DNA of 64,000 bases from Eremomyces bilateralis CBS 781.70. Lineage: Eukaryota. The position numbers and the translations under genes are program-made. Below the pieces are notes generated by a model that was not told where the DNA came from, did no database searches, and saw only the letters and a program-made list of their open reading frames with translations. The DNA is taken from NCBI GenBank assembly GCA_010015585.1, contig ML975168.1. The stretch is one strand, 5' to 3'. How positions within the stretch are numbered: the stretch's first letter is position 1; the number at the start of each line of letters is the position of its first letter. This document shows, one piece after another, positions 63,328 to 64,000 of this stretch.

Positions 63328-64000
63328 ATGTCTGAACCCCCGAAAGCCCACACCTGGCCCACCTACCTCTTCTACAAACTCCTCTTCTCCCTCCCCTTCT
63401 CCTTTTTCTCTTACTTCCGCGGCCTAACCCGCCCCTCTCACCCGCACACCCTCCTCCATATCCCCTCCCGCGACCCAAATCGCACCATCCTCGCCCATGT
63501 CTACGCCCCCCCCTCCCCCTCCTCCCCCTCCCCCATCCTCCTCAACTTCCACGGCTCCGGCTTCATGATCCCCATGCACGGCACCGACTCCCTCTTCTGC
63601 CACCGCGTCGCCCACGAAGCCGGCTACACCGTCATCGACTGCTCTTACCGCCTCGCCCCCGACCACCCCTTCCCCTGCCCCGTCGAAGACGCCGAGGACG
63701 CCCTCGCGTACGTCCTCGCCCACCCGGATCGCTACGACCTCTCCCACCTCGCGCTCTCCGGGTTCTCCGCAGGCGCGAACCTCGCGCTGGTGCTTGCGCA
63801 TCAATCGTCGGCGCGGTACCCGAAAGCAGCGTTGGGGAACGTCAGGCTGATCGCGTTCTACCCGCCGACGGACCTTAGCATCGCGGCGGAGTCGAAGAAG
63901 ACGCCAGACGGGAAGGCGGGGACGTTGCCGGCGGGGATCATGAAGGCGTTCAACGCGGCCTATGTGCTGCCGGGGCAGGACATTGGGGATCCACGGATAT
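63328..64000 (+). CDS. Alpha/beta-hydrolase_3 (HSL-like) esterase/lipase; partial at the window end
   Basis: Manual translation: MSEPPKAH...ILLNFHGSGF...DCSYRLAPDHPFP...SGFSAGANLAL...LIAFYPPTD. The frame is open to the edge. Confidence 0.9.
   Translation, partial: MSEPPKAHTWPTYLFYKLLFSLPFSFFSYFRGLTRPSHPHTLLHIPSRDPNRTILAHVYAPPSPSSPSPILLNFHGSGFMIPMHGTDSLFCHRVAHEAGYTVIDCSYRLAPDHPFPCPVEDAEDALAYVLAHPDRYDLSHLALSGFSAGANLALVLAHQSSARYPKAALGNVRLIAFYPPTDLSIAAESKKTPDGKAGTLPAGIMKAFNAAYVLPGQDIGDPRI

Overview
Eukaryotic, intron-containing DNA from a filamentous ascomycete (Pezizomycotina). Evidence: GT-AG introns with CTRAC branch sites and fungal-type proteins. About 18 apparently intact genes (two cut by the window edges): a small secreted glycine-zipper protein, ESS2/DGCR14, two uncharacterised proteins, eIF6, RAD23, a GRE2-like reductase, POP8, a Sly41/TPT-family transporter, a secreted S9-like hydrolase, a Pumilio (Mcp2-like) RNA-binding protein, an ACS-family MFS transporter, a secreted BBE-like FAD oxidase, an isochorismatase-family hydrolase, a KDM4/KdmA JmjC demethylase, a flavin monooxygenase, RAD57 and an HSL-type esterase. 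Three gene relics: a multi-TM gene, an SRPK-like kinase and an HNH-nuclease fragment. I recognised no rRNA, tRNA, CRISPR array or intact transposon. The most notable observations are the bacteriocin-like secreted glycine-zipper precursor missed by the ORF track, a probable intron-retention switch giving the PUF protein two different C-termini, recurrent C-rich-to-G-rich skew flips inside genes, a dibasic-site Gly/Leu insert in the FAD oxidase, and a GC-AG intron. All family assignments come from motif recognition by eye, not from database searches.
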